From Bdellovibrionota bacterium (lineage in GTDB: Bacteria > Bdellovibrionota > FAC87 > UBA2466), in contig JBGTAN010000034.1 in NCBI GenBank assembly GCA_041749855.1, positions 5,457 to 69,456 of the forward strand: a DNA stretch of 64,000 nt, written 5' to 3'. The notes beneath the pieces were generated by a model. The model saw only the letters and a program-made list of their open reading frames with translations. It was not told the DNA's origin and searched no databases. The position numbers and the translations under genes are program-made. Positions 47,020 through 56,250 of the stretch are shown here, in pieces (the first letter of the stretch is position 1; every line of letters begins with the position of its first letter).

Positions 47020-48177
47020 ATGCAAATGATTTTGACTCTGACTGCGTTACTTACTTGGTTACCGGTAGCAAATGCGGGGTGTTGGATTGTTTGGAAAGGA
47101 GCCAGCAGCCATCTGAAGTGCGATGGAGCAGGTGCAACGCCTACTTTCGAGAAGTTCAAAGATGCCATGGAGGAGATTCAGGGCCTTTCGCCTCAATGTA
47201 TCGATGCAGTCGGCCGGCTCTACGGAACTTACTTCGAATGCGGAGTTGCTGTTTACGGCGCCGTGATGTCTGAAGGCGCTCTAATTGTTGGCGCTCAACA
47301 AGCTTGCAAGCATTTTACGAAAGAGTTGAATGACGCCCAGGACAAATGCGGCGAGCGTTTGAATGTCCGAACGCAGCAAGGCGCCGTAGTTCCACCGCCC
47401 GGGCAGCCCGCTCCGCCGAAACCTACGATCATGAAAGCGTGCAATCGCACATCGAAACTGCTCCAAGTTGGCGGTGCCGAGTACAACGGATTCAACAATA
47501 CTTCAAAGGGCTGGGTCTCCCTTGCCTCAGGGCAATGTCAGGACATCATGTCGGTCAAGGCCCAGGGCTACCTTTACGCGACCGACAACCTGCTAGGCGG
47601 CAAGTTCTATAAGCCGCGGACGAATCCGCAGGGAGATGCTTTTATTTGCGTGGACCCGAAACGACATTTTCATATGCCGACTTTTATCGACAGTTCGGGC
47701 AAGTGCAAGCGCCTGGGCGCGGACGTGACTGGATTTCCGGCGAGCGTGCTAGTGAAAAGACTGGGTGTAGGTGGGGTGGAAACTTGGAACATCGTCGATG
47801 GGGACGGTTTCGAGTTGGACGGCACGGTGGTACGAATGAAGAATAACTCTCCGCTGACCCGGACCTTCTCGATGAGCTTCGCCTTTCAAACGCAACAGGG
47901 CACTAAGACCGGGATGACTCACCAGAGTAATGTTGAAACAGTGCCGAATGGGTTTGCCGACTTTTACGTCCCCACCTCAACGGGACGGATTTTGCACGAT
48001 GAAGCGGGAAACGGACTTCTGCTAGCTTCATTTCGGCTGACCCTTCAAGATGGCCAAGTACTGTTGTGGGGAGAGAATGCGAAGGGCCTTCCCTACGGAC
48101 TACCGTTCCTGGAGACGTTATTCACCAGCCCCAAAACGCATAAAGTCATTCGGCTGTACGAAGGGTCGGTGAATTAA
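47020..48177 (+). CDS. secreted hypothetical protein (Cys-containing, about 385 aa)
   Basis: GGGAGG RBS. Signal MQMILTLTALLTWLPVANA. The ORF extends upstream to 46972. Confidence 0.5.
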   Translation: MQMILTLTALLTWLPVANAGCWIVWKGASSHLKCDGAGATPTFEKFKDAMEEIQGLSPQCIDAVGRLYGTYFECGVAVYGAVMSEGALIVGAQQACKHFTKELNDAQDKCGERLNVRTQQGAVVPPPGQPAPPKPTIMKACNRTSKLLQVGGAEYNGFNNTSKGWVSLASGQCQDIMSVKAQGYLYATDNLLGGKFYKPRTNPQGDAFICVDPKRHFHMPTFIDSSGKCKRLGADVTGFPASVLVKRLGVGGVETWNIVDGDGFELDGTVVRMKNNSPLTRTFSMSFAFQTQQGTKTGMTHQSNVETVPNGFADFYVPTSTGRILHDEAGNGLLLASFRLTLQDGQVLLWGENAKGLPYGLPFLETLFTSPKTHKVIRLYEGSVN

Positions 48178-49385
48178 TGAAAAGTCTAATTTTGGTCCTC
48201 ATTTTGGGCTTCGGCACGACCGCGTTTAGCACGGAAGTCGTCAATCGAGCTCCCTTTCAGGTTTTGATTGTCTCAGGCAGGTATCTGGAGTCCGCCCATA
48301 ATCTGGGTCGGCCAGAAGGGCCCACTTACGTGTCTTCCAAAGGCTGGCTTCGGCTCAACCCGGGTGCTTCTGGAAAAATTGAGGGTAGCCATTTCGCGGC
48401 GTTTTATCGTCGCTTGGATGGCTCGCTTGCCACACTGAGACCTTCCGAGCTCAAGGAAGGTGCTCGACGCCCCATTCTGCCTGTGAATTCTGGAGGCGAT
48501 TTTCAAACTCAAACTTTTACCGTAGTCGAACCGATGGCGATTCACATGCCGGGACAGTACCGCCAGGCGGGATATCAATACACCGCGTTTGAGGACGTGA
48601 ACTCATTGCCTTGGGAGAATGGGAAGCCTGTCATTAAAGCTCCGCTCCTGGCCGATGCCGTGAGTGAGTATTGGACGTTTGGATTTTACAATCAAACAGG
48701 TGCGCCGATGTCCTACCGGATTATTCGAGACGGAGTTCCGGAACCTACTACCCAGTCGGTCGACGCCGCCCAACACCGATTCCATTGGGGCACCAGCAAC
48801 TTTCGTTACGACATCGAATTTGATGAGTCTCCGGCATTGGGCTACCAACCCAAACGCTATCGCATGGAAACGCTGAAAGTGGTGATTCGCGGCACCGAAA
48901 ATCGAACGCCGCGCTGGGAAGAATCCCGGCAATACGAATTTGTTTCGGTAGGCAATCTGTTCGACCTGAGAAAGGCGAGCCCTGGGTTGACCACGGCCCC
49001 CGCGGTAACAACCCCTGCCGTGAATCCCGGCATCGTCATGGATCCTCCACAGACTTTAGTTCGTATCGATTTGTCGGCGCGGGAACGCCGCCGAGTGGAT
49101 GTCGATGGGATGCGTATTGTACGCATTCAGGGACGATGGGCGGTAGATGCGGCCAAAGCTCCAGTGGACCCCATGAATGGACACACGGGAGACGTCGAGC
49201 TGGAAAAGTACTCAAACTACAAGCTCAACCCCTCTTACCCGTTCGGATTGCTCATGGTTTTTCGAAGCGGAAGGTGGTCGCCGCTTCGCATTGGCGACTT
49301 TGTTTCAGCTGGCGACCAAATTCAGATCAACGATTCTTCGCTGCAAGACAACGCGGGCAGCATTCAGATCGAACTGCAGCGATAG
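48177..49385 (+). CDS. secreted hypothetical protein (402 aa)
   Basis: Its start abuts the previous stop. Signal MKSLILVLILGFGTTAFS. Confidence 0.5.
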   Translation: MKSLILVLILGFGTTAFSTEVVNRAPFQVLIVSGRYLESAHNLGRPEGPTYVSSKGWLRLNPGASGKIEGSHFAAFYRRLDGSLATLRPSELKEGARRPILPVNSGGDFQTQTFTVVEPMAIHMPGQYRQAGYQYTAFEDVNSLPWENGKPVIKAPLLADAVSEYWTFGFYNQTGAPMSYRIIRDGVPEPTTQSVDAAQHRFHWGTSNFRYDIEFDESPALGYQPKRYRMETLKVVIRGTENRTPRWEESRQYEFVSVGNLFDLRKASPGLTTAPAVTTPAVNPGIVMDPPQTLVRIDLSARERRRVDVDGMRIVRIQGRWAVDAAKAPVDPMNGHTGDVELEKYSNYKLNPSYPFGLLMVFRSGRWSPLRIGDFVSAGDQIQINDSSLQDNAGSIQIELQR

Positions 49386-49399
49386 TGTAAACTTCGATA

Positions 49400-50245
49400 A
49401 TGAAAAACCTGCTGCTCGTTCTGCTTTGCTGCGCGTCTACCCGCGTTTTGGCGCCAGACTACACCCGGCTGGTGGATGATGAGCTAGAAGCCATGTGGGC
49501 CGATGCAAATAAGCATTTAACCCCTTCTGAGGTTCTTATTCGCAGCGCCAATCGGCTAGAAGGTGCATTCGACAAACTAGACGAGAGCACTAGAAAGCGC
49601 ATCATGGAGAACTGGACCCGTTTCGCACGCACTGAGACAACACAGCTACTCAAGTGGGCAAGCCCAGCGATAGTCTTGCAAGAAATCAAACAAATTGTTC
49701 CGCTTTGCATCACGCCCTTCCGGCCGAAAAACCTCGTGGGTCCCATTCTGTTCAATGAAAGAATGCCGATGCTGGATTTTCTTCATCGCCGCGGTGGTTC
49801 AGGCTTCGCCCTGACAACAGAGGCGCAGATGTTCTATGACCTGCGCATCCAGCCATCGGGGCCTTCATCCCGATATAACTCTGAGGATGCAAGCAACACT
49901 GAATTTAGGGCGTTTCTTCTCGCCAGCTACTATGAAGGGACCACAAACACACTGGCCCATGCGGCTAAGCTCTCTGGGATCACCCCTGAAAATGAACTCA
50001 TCGAATACGGAAGGTTAATTGCTGACCCCTACAAGAGGTCGCCGGAATTTAAACGCGCCCTAGAAGATCGCACGAGAGTTGTTTTCCGAGAAAACCCCGT
50101 CCTAAACCAAAAGTACAAAGCCTACGGGAGCATAGCGAACCGTCTAAAGAAGCTATTTTCTTCGGACTTGGATTTGCGCTGCAAGGTCGTCCTCGGTCAG
50201 ATCGCTCGCAAACCGCTTACACTTTTTACCGGGGAGAAGTATTAA
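49400..50245 (+). CDS. secreted hypothetical protein (281 aa)
   Basis: Signal MKNLLLVLLCCASTRVLA. Its 3' end lies inside direct repeat copy A. Confidence 0.5.
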   Translation: MKNLLLVLLCCASTRVLAPDYTRLVDDELEAMWADANKHLTPSEVLIRSANRLEGAFDKLDESTRKRIMENWTRFARTETTQLLKWASPAIVLQEIKQIVPLCITPFRPKNLVGPILFNERMPMLDFLHRRGGSGFALTTEAQMFYDLRIQPSGPSSRYNSEDASNTEFRAFLLASYYEGTTNTLAHAAKLSGITPENELIEYGRLIADPYKRSPEFKRALEDRTRVVFRENPVLNQKYKAYGSIANRLKKLFSSDLDLRCKVVLGQIARKPLTLFTGEKY

Positions 50246-50332
50246 GAGAGGTAGGGTGTGATCAAGAAGCGATCTTCAAAATTTCCTTCTTCTTAAATCG
50301 GAAGTCCTTGTTATTAGGCTTTCGAAACTTCA
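50183..50332. repeat. direct repeat copy A (about 150 bp; 73-bp perfect core at 50260-50332)
   Basis: Aligns with 53163-53309. The core shared by both copies is gatcaagaagcgatcttcaaaatttccttcttcttaaatcggaagtccttgttattaggctttcgaaacttca. Confidence 0.75.
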
Positions 50333-50376
50333 CTTTCCCTTCCTTGATCTTTCTTCGCATAGTGGACTCCTAGCGC

Positions 50377-53112
50377 CTAATCCAAAGACCCGATGTGAAT
50401 GAGTCGGGCGAGGAAACGGGCCGTGGTTAGGTTGTAGTTTCGGAACACTCCGCCGACCAAGATCTTTTTGTCGACGGTCTCGACCGCCACGTAGGGTGTT
50501 GCCCCCAGCCCAATGCCAGTCTGGGAGAAGGTCGTGTCTCGGGTTCCGTCGTCGTTGAGTCTCACCAGGTACGGCGTGGCAATGCCGTCGTAGGCGGTAA
50601 AACTTCCGCACACCAAGATCTTATTGCTGGAACTTTGAGCCAGGCTGAAAACCGAGGAATTCAGACCGGTTCCGCTAGGTAAAAAAGAGGGATCGAGGCT
50701 TCCGTCTGCATTAACCCTTGCGATCCGCGACACGGGGGTACCGTTGTACGCTGTGAAGTAGCCACCAACGACGAGCTTGCCGTCGGTTTGAATGAGCACG
50801 GAAGTCACTGAACTGTCGAGACCCGTTCCCGACTGAGTGAAGGTCGCATCGAGGCTCCCATCTGGGTTAAGCCTAGCTAGGTACGGTCTGGGGGTTCCGT
50901 TGTAGGAAACGAAATCCCCTCCCACAATGATCTTACCATCGGGCTGTGGTGCTAAGGCCTCCACCTCATCATTGAGCCCCGTGCCCACTTGAGCAAAAGT
51001 CTCATCCAACGTCCCATCTGCTTGAATCCGGGCAATACGGCGCCGAGATGTGCCGTTGTAGGAGGTGAAATATCCCCCGACCATGATTTTCCCGTCTGCT
51101 TGCAGCGAAATAGAAGAGACTTCGTCGTTCAGGCCGGTCCCGCTCTGGACAAAGCTCCCATCGAGACTTCCATCAGAGTTCAGTCTCGCCACGCGTCTTC
51201 TCGACGTCCCATTATACGCCGTGAAGGCTCCCCCGGCGATGACTTTACCGTCGACTTGTACGGCGAGGGCCCCCACAACTGCACTGAAGCCAGAACCCGC
51301 CGCGACGAAAGTCGTGTCTAGACTGCCATTCAAGTTCATCCGCGCTATGTGAGGCGATGAGGCGCCATTGTGAAGTCGAAAATGGCCTCCCAATATAGCT
51401 TTGCCATCGGGCTGAAGGGCAATATCGACGACCGCATCATCCAGTCCGGTAGCTGTCGCCCCGGGGGTGGCGATGAGAATTCCATCGGCGCTAAGCCGAG
51501 CGAGATAGGGTGCGCTGCCACCGTTGAAACTAAGAAAATAACCGCCGGCGACGACTGTGCCGTCGTTCAACGCAGCAATTGCATAAACCCAAAGACTAGC
51601 CCCCGTTCCGACAGAGAAAGAAGAATCTAGGCTACCATCTGAATTGAGCCTCGCCACGTAAGGTGCTGAGGTTCCCTCGTAGGAAGTAAACTCCCCGCCC
51701 ACTAAAATCTTGCCGTCAGCTTGGATAGACAATGACTGCGGCATGCCATCAAAACCTGTCCCTGGAACAAAGGTCGTGTCTAACGTACCGTTCGCATTGA
51801 GCCGCGCTATCTTAGGGCGTGAGGTGCCGTTATAGCCACTAAAGAAACCTCCGACGACGATCTTGCCATCGGCTTGTATCGCCAGAGCTCGAACATATCC
51901 ACTCAGTCCGCTACCTACCGGAGCAAACGAGGTATCCAGGGTTCCGTTGGAATTGAGTCGGGCGACAAAATTTCGAGCAGTGCCATTGTAGGCGGTGAAA
52001 AGCCCTCCGACGACGATCTTTCCATCGGCCTGAAGGGCTCCGGCAAAAGCGCCATGGGTAAATCCACTCCCCGACAACGCGAAAGTCGCATCGGGGCCTC
52101 CGTCGGCGTTGAGCCGTGCGGCAGAGCGTGTGTTAACACCGTTTAGCTGCCAGAAAGCACCGAGGGCCACTACCTTGCCATTTGGCTGTACTACGACGGA
52201 ATACACATCATTGTTGAATCCGGATCCCGGCAGCGCAAAATCGGTATCGAGACTTCCATCCGCGTTCAACATTGCCAGGCGTCCTCTTGTGGTGCCGTTG
52301 TAGGAAGAGAAGTTGCCACCGGCGACTACTTTTCCGCCGGGATAGGGCGCTATCGATTGAACGGTGCTGTTGAACCCCGAACCCGCCGTTGAGAAAGCAG
52401 AATCGAGTCCCCCGTCGGAATTTAGGCGCAAAATGCGCCCCCTCGCCGCATCGTCAAACGCGGTAAAGTCTCCTCCGAGGTAGATGTCGCCATTCGAATC
52501 TTGAGAAACCGCATAAACGGTATAATCAGGTCCGTTGGTTGTATCGAATGGTGCCTCCTGAACCTCGAGGGTTTGCTCCCCAGAAACGATCGCCAAAGCG
52601 CCTGAGGTTGAAGCCGTTAGCGAGGCCGGGCCTGTGGTGTCTGAACGAAGGTAAAGGACGACCTGCGAAGCCGTTGCGGCGAGGGTGAAGGTGTTTTGTT
52701 CCAGGGCGCTATCATAGGTCTGACATCCCAGCAAAGAGCTATAAAGGACGACGCCGCTCGAAGGCGACAGGGTAACGGAAGTGGAGGCGCCAGTGGCTGG
52801 GTTTCCCAGGGAATCGACGGCGCTTATAGTGATCGGGTAGCAATCGTTCTTCCGGATACTGAGCCCTTCCAATCCAGAAAGCATGAGACGGACTTCGACG
52901 CCTGCTTCGAGTGGGCAGCCACCTCGGCCAATACCGCCGCCACCAACACAAAGACCGATGCCGCAACTGGAGACCAGCAGCAAAGTCGTAATCAGCAATG
53001 GCAATTGGTAGATTTTGAGAGAATCCATGATAGACCTAAATTTTACTCCTAGATTGTGGGGCAAATATGGTGCTTTTAGATCAGTAAATTCAGTTGGATA
53101 GGCGTGATTCAA
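50377..53112 (-). CDS. delta-60 repeat domain protein (beta-propeller, about 14 tandem ~50-aa repeats), secreted
   Basis: Signal/TM N-terminus. The repeated unit GG.FT.YNGT.R..IARLN.DGSLD..F occurs about 14 times. This family (TIGR02608-type) is typical of Bdellovibrio and myxobacteria. Confidence 0.75.
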   Translation of the reverse strand: MNHAYPTEFTDLKAPYLPHNLGVKFRSIMDSLKIYQLPLLITTLLLVSSCGIGLCVGGGGIGRGGCPLEAGVEVRLMLSGLEGLSIRKNDCYPITISAVDSLGNPATGASTSVTLSPSSGVVLYSSLLGCQTYDSALEQNTFTLAATASQVVLYLRSDTTGPASLTASTSGALAIVSGEQTLEVQEAPFDTTNGPDYTVYAVSQDSNGDIYLGGDFTAFDDAARGRILRLNSDGGLDSAFSTAGSGFNSTVQSIAPYPGGKVVAGGNFSSYNGTTRGRLAMLNADGSLDTDFALPGSGFNNDVYSVVVQPNGKVVALGAFWQLNGVNTRSAARLNADGGPDATFALSGSGFTHGAFAGALQADGKIVVGGLFTAYNGTARNFVARLNSNGTLDTSFAPVGSGLSGYVRALAIQADGKIVVGGFFSGYNGTSRPKIARLNANGTLDTTFVPGTGFDGMPQSLSIQADGKILVGGEFTSYEGTSAPYVARLNSDGSLDSSFSVGTGASLWVYAIAALNDGTVVAGGYFLSFNGGSAPYLARLSADGILIATPGATATGLDDAVVDIALQPDGKAILGGHFRLHNGASSPHIARMNLNGSLDTTFVAAGSGFSAVVGALAVQVDGKVIAGGAFTAYNGTSRRRVARLNSDGSLDGSFVQSGTGLNDEVSSISLQADGKIMVGGYFTSYNGTSRRRIARIQADGTLDETFAQVGTGLNDEVEALAPQPDGKIIVGGDFVSYNGTPRPYLARLNPDGSLDATFTQSGTGLDSSVTSVLIQTDGKLVVGGYFTAYNGTPVSRIARVNADGSLDPSFLPSGTGLNSSVFSLAQSSSNKILVCGSFTAYDGIATPYLVRLNDDGTRDTTFSQTGIGLGATPYVAVETVDKKILVGGVFRNYNLTTARFLARLIHIGSLD

Positions 53113-53145
53113 GGCTCGGAATTCCGCGTCCTTGAGGCCGATTGA

Positions 53146-53223
53146 GCGAGAGTTGTCTTCCGAGAAGTCGCCCTAGGTCAGATCGCTCGCAATCCGTTTA
53201 CACACTTTACCGGGGAGAAGTAG
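53146..53223 (+). pseudogene. 3'-terminal gene fragment paralogous to the end of the 49400..50245 CDS
   Basis: It translates to ARVVFREVALGQIARNPFTHFTGEK*. The end of the 49400..50245 gene reads RCKVVLGQIARKPLTLFTGEKY*. A stop codon lies immediately upstream. Confidence 0.45.
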
Positions 53224-53309
53224 CAAGGTCGCACGAGATCAAGAAGCGATCTTCAAAATTTCCTTCTTCTTAAATCGGAAGTCCTTGTTATTAGGCTTTC
53301 GAAACTTCA
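53163..53309. repeat. direct repeat copy B (about 147 bp; 73-bp perfect core at 53237-53309)
   Basis: See copy A. Both copies are in the same orientation and 2977 bp apart. They bracket the delta-60 gene. Confidence 0.75.
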
Positions 53310-53476
53310 TCTTCTCCTGAAAAGAACTGGGATGAGTCGGTAATGTCTAAACCAATGACATTTCCTTTCGCGTCCAAACGCACAATAATTCCATTTTCAA
53401 AATAGGACTTAGCTTCAATCCCCTCTTTGAAATCTATCGATACATAATCAATGTCCGCCTGATGAACGATTTTCAT
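53291..53476 (-). CDS. DUF2283-like small protein (61 aa)
   Basis: MKIVHQADIDYVSIDFKEG...DAKGNVIGLDI matches the DUF2283 pattern (MKI.YD.E.D.L.I......DG.iiGiEI). No partner gene is adjacent. Confidence 0.5.
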   Translation of the reverse strand: MKIVHQADIDYVSIDFKEGIEAKSYFENGIIVRLDAKGNVIGLDITDSSQFFSGEDEVSKA

Positions 53477-53663
53477 TTTCTCACCTCGAAATTAACCAAA
53501 ACTGTAACCACTTCCAAAAGGTTGCCGGGCATTCGCTCTATAACGACTGCCGCACAAAGCCACAGACATTTAATTACTACCCTAACTCATAGAGAAAAAC
53601 CCACCAGGCCGGCTACGCCGGTAAAGTTTAAACTTAAATTTAGGATTAAATTTAAAGTAAGTA

Positions 53664-53740
53664 TGGGTGGGTGACGGGGTTCGAACCCGCGGCCCCCAGA
53701 GTCACAGTCTAGTGCTCTAACCAGCTGAGCTACACCCACC
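53664..53740 (-). tRNA. tRNA-His (anticodon GTG), with encoded G-1 and CCA
   Basis: The reverse complement GGTGGGTGTAGCTCAGCTGGTTAGAGCACTAGACTGTGACTCTGGGGGCCGCGGGTTCGAACCCCGTCACCCACCCA folds as a cloverleaf. The anticodon loop is CTGTGAC. T-loop TTCGAAC. Confidence 0.85.
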
Positions 53741-53878
53741 ACACTTTAGAGGCTAAGTCGCCTAAAGTGGATGCAGCCAGGCTCGCAGTCAAGCTTCAGC
53801 TTTCGACTTTCTGATTTGACATCGAGAGCCGTAGCCCATACGACTCGCCGCACAACAACCAAAACAAACGAGGTCCTT

Positions 53879-54628
53879 ATGTTTCTCCGATGTGTATTGG
53901 TGTTGGGGTGTCTCCATGGAATGGTCGGAATGGCCGACGATTCGCAAAAACAAACTGATCAACCTGTCGTTACTGCCCGATTCGGTGAGAAAGCAATGGA
54001 CTCTGGCGCGCGCCAAGTTTTCGTTTCCTCCGATACGGAACTAAAAAATGTCGAGATCAAGTCAACCGATGTCGACGAAAGCCGCTGGACCGCGCTCCCC
54101 AAAGCATCGGGTAGCGATGCGGTTTACGCAACGGAACTGTGGTTGGAAGCCCGCCCCGGACGAAAGTTCATGGTTCGCGCTGTTCTTCCTGACGGATCGC
54201 GCTTTTACAATGCCGTCGAAACCTCTGACGTCGAAGAGCCCTTCGAAGTTGCCTTCGATTCATTGGAGTCCAAAGAGAAAGTGGACGCGGAACGCAAAGC
54301 TCCGATCGTCAGTCGTCCGGCTTCGCAATCCTCTGGAAGTAGCTACCCTTCGACTGCAGGCAACAGCCCGCAAGCCGTCGCTCAGTCGCGCGCCAATGAA
54401 ATGGCACGACGCGGTCAAGGAGGCCATTTGAACGGCAACGGCGTCGTTCGAACGAGCCAGGGAACACTCTTCGAAGGCGTAGGCTGGGGCACGAGCAGTA
54501 TGCCTGGCACGTGCGTTTCCAAAGATGGAAGCGCCCCTGTTGCCGATGCAGTCGCTCGAGGTGGGAACGGGATGACGTATCGGGTTAGACTGTACCGCAC
54601 CGGTACGGTCAACCGAGGCGGCCGATAG
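53879..54628 (+). CDS. secreted hypothetical protein
   Basis: GAGG RBS. Signal MFLRCVLVLGCLHGMVGMA. The ORF extends upstream to 53771. Confidence 0.45.
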   Translation: MFLRCVLVLGCLHGMVGMADDSQKQTDQPVVTARFGEKAMDSGARQVFVSSDTELKNVEIKSTDVDESRWTALPKASGSDAVYATELWLEARPGRKFMVRAVLPDGSRFYNAVETSDVEEPFEVAFDSLESKEKVDAERKAPIVSRPASQSSGSSYPSTAGNSPQAVAQSRANEMARRGQGGHLNGNGVVRTSQGTLFEGVGWGTSSMPGTCVSKDGSAPVADAVARGGNGMTYRVRLYRTGTVNRGGR

Positions 54629-54702
54629 CGCCCTTCTCGTTTCAGTCTCTTTGATGCAGCGGAGCGGTCTGGGGAACTGCTCCGCTGTGTTAAAATTGTT
54701 AA

Positions 54703-55293
54703 ATGAAACTTTTTTCCTTATCGCTCATTCTTTTTTCTACTTCAGCCTTCGCGGGTCCGGCTCAACTAGCCGAAGCGCTCACCAAAAATCATGCGCTTCT
54801 GACTCGAATGGGCACCCCCGATCTCCAAGATGAGAAAGCCAAGAACGAGTTGAAACTTACTGTCGGACGTCAGCTCAAGACCGACGGCTCCAAACTGACG
54901 GTTCTCACCAATCCCGACAACAAAAGCGCTTGGTTCGGCGGAATAGTGATTTTTGTCGAGCCTTCCGGCAAAGCTTACTTCGTCGACAAAACGGGCAAGT
55001 TTTTCACCGAGCACCTAAAAGATCGAGTGATCGGCGGAACGCTGTCACGTGATGCCTCAGGGAGCGCTTTGCTCACCTTGTTCTACGGAGCGCCAGGGAG
55101 TCCGGAGTTCTACACCGCCTATTTGGGAACGACGAAACTCAAAGTGATTCAGTTCAATTTAGATCGGGAAACGGGCAACATAGAAGGCAATGTGAAGCTT
55201 CCCACCGGTCGTGTGCTAAAGATCACGCGCATCGGCAGGGACAACGCTGCTGTAAAGGTGAACAACCTCCCTTTGAACCCGCTCTTTCTTTAA
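54703..55293 (+). CDS. secreted hypothetical protein
   Basis: Signal MKLFSLSLILFSTSAFA. Confidence 0.45.
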   Translation: MKLFSLSLILFSTSAFAGPAQLAEALTKNHALLTRMGTPDLQDEKAKNELKLTVGRQLKTDGSKLTVLTNPDNKSAWFGGIVIFVEPSGKAYFVDKTGKFFTEHLKDRVIGGTLSRDASGSALLTLFYGAPGSPEFYTAYLGTTKLKVIQFNLDRETGNIEGNVKLPTGRVLKITRIGRDNAAVKVNNLPLNPLFL

Positions 55294-55394
55294 GAAATAG
55301 TGCGACGCGTCGTCGCCATTCGCCGCGCATTGATGTCGACGGGTTTTTGCCTTAAACTAGAAGTATTCCAACCCTTTTTTCGGCGGCCACCCAA

Positions 55395-56192
55395 ATGAGC
55401 AATCGTCCTGCGCTTCGGTTTGATACCCGAGAAATCGCTGTTCTCTTCAGTCTTTTCGTCTTCGTCTCCCTACTGATGTTTACGGTGGGAATTCTGGTGG
55501 GCAAAGGCCTCACTCAGGCTCGTTACGAGGGAAAGCTACCGGGCGCAATCAGCAGCAAGATGGGCGAGCCCTTGGTGAAGACCTTCCCCGAGCACCATGC
55601 AGGCGCTTCGGTTTCGTTGGGTGATGCCCACGACTCAAGGGCCAAACCCCAGGCTCACACTCAAAATCACACAGAGAATACGGATTCCGCGGCGCATGCC
55701 CCCGCGGCCCATGGCGCAGACACTGCCCATAAAGCGGAGGCTACCCCACCTACCGTCGCAGCAAAGCCTGAGGCGCCGTTGAAGCTCATCCCTTTAAAAA
55801 CTCCCAGTGCGCAAACGAACGGAATTCAACTCAGCGATCCGATAAAAACCGAAGCTGCGGAGCTTCTTAAAAACCCCAAAATTCGATCACTCGTAGACAC
55901 GGAACCCGAAGCCCGCACGCCCGCTTCCAAGGGCCCCGCGCAGAAGGAAAAATACACCGTTCAAGTGGGGAGCTATCCCAACGAACAGGCGGCTCAGGAG
56001 CGGGTTGAGGCGCTCAAACGTATTGGCTACTCATCGGCCTATTTCACCGCGAAAGAATTGGGTTCCACTGCTGGGACCTGGTACCGCGTGTGGCTAGGGC
56101 TCTACCCAGATTATACCGCCGCGAAAAAAATGGGAGATGAGCTCCAGACCAAGGGCGAAGTGAAGAACTACATTGTGCGTAAATCCGACTAG
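55395..56192 (+). CDS. SPOR-domain (peptidoglycan-binding, septal) membrane protein
   Basis: N-terminal TM helix and a low-complexity linker. C-terminal SPOR-like YTVQVGSYPNEQAAQERVEALKRIGYSSAYF...WYRVWLGLYPDYTAAKKMGDEL. Confidence 0.65.
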   Translation: MSNRPALRFDTREIAVLFSLFVFVSLLMFTVGILVGKGLTQARYEGKLPGAISSKMGEPLVKTFPEHHAGASVSLGDAHDSRAKPQAHTQNHTENTDSAAHAPAAHGADTAHKAEATPPTVAAKPEAPLKLIPLKTPSAQTNGIQLSDPIKTEAAELLKNPKIRSLVDTEPEARTPASKGPAQKEKYTVQVGSYPNEQAAQERVEALKRIGYSSAYFTAKELGSTAGTWYRVWLGLYPDYTAAKKMGDELQTKGEVKNYIVRKSD

Positions 56193-56250
56193 TGCCCCTG
56201 GGACAAATCTTTTGCCAATCTCCGATCCCCATGCCACCTTTTCCCCTCCA

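Noticed and set aside
50989-52303. Several 60-110-aa plus-strand ORFs and the 50330-50611 minus-strand ORF overlapping the delta-60 gene
   Set aside because: These are alternative-frame or antisense ORFs within a long repeat-rich gene. They have no start-site support.
53477-53663. Integrase or DUF4258 partner gene between DUF2283 and tRNA-His
   Set aside because: The 187-bp spacer is AT-rich and has no ORF of useful length on the minus strand. The 70-aa plus-strand ORF (53462-53674) is low-complexity and overlaps the tRNA.
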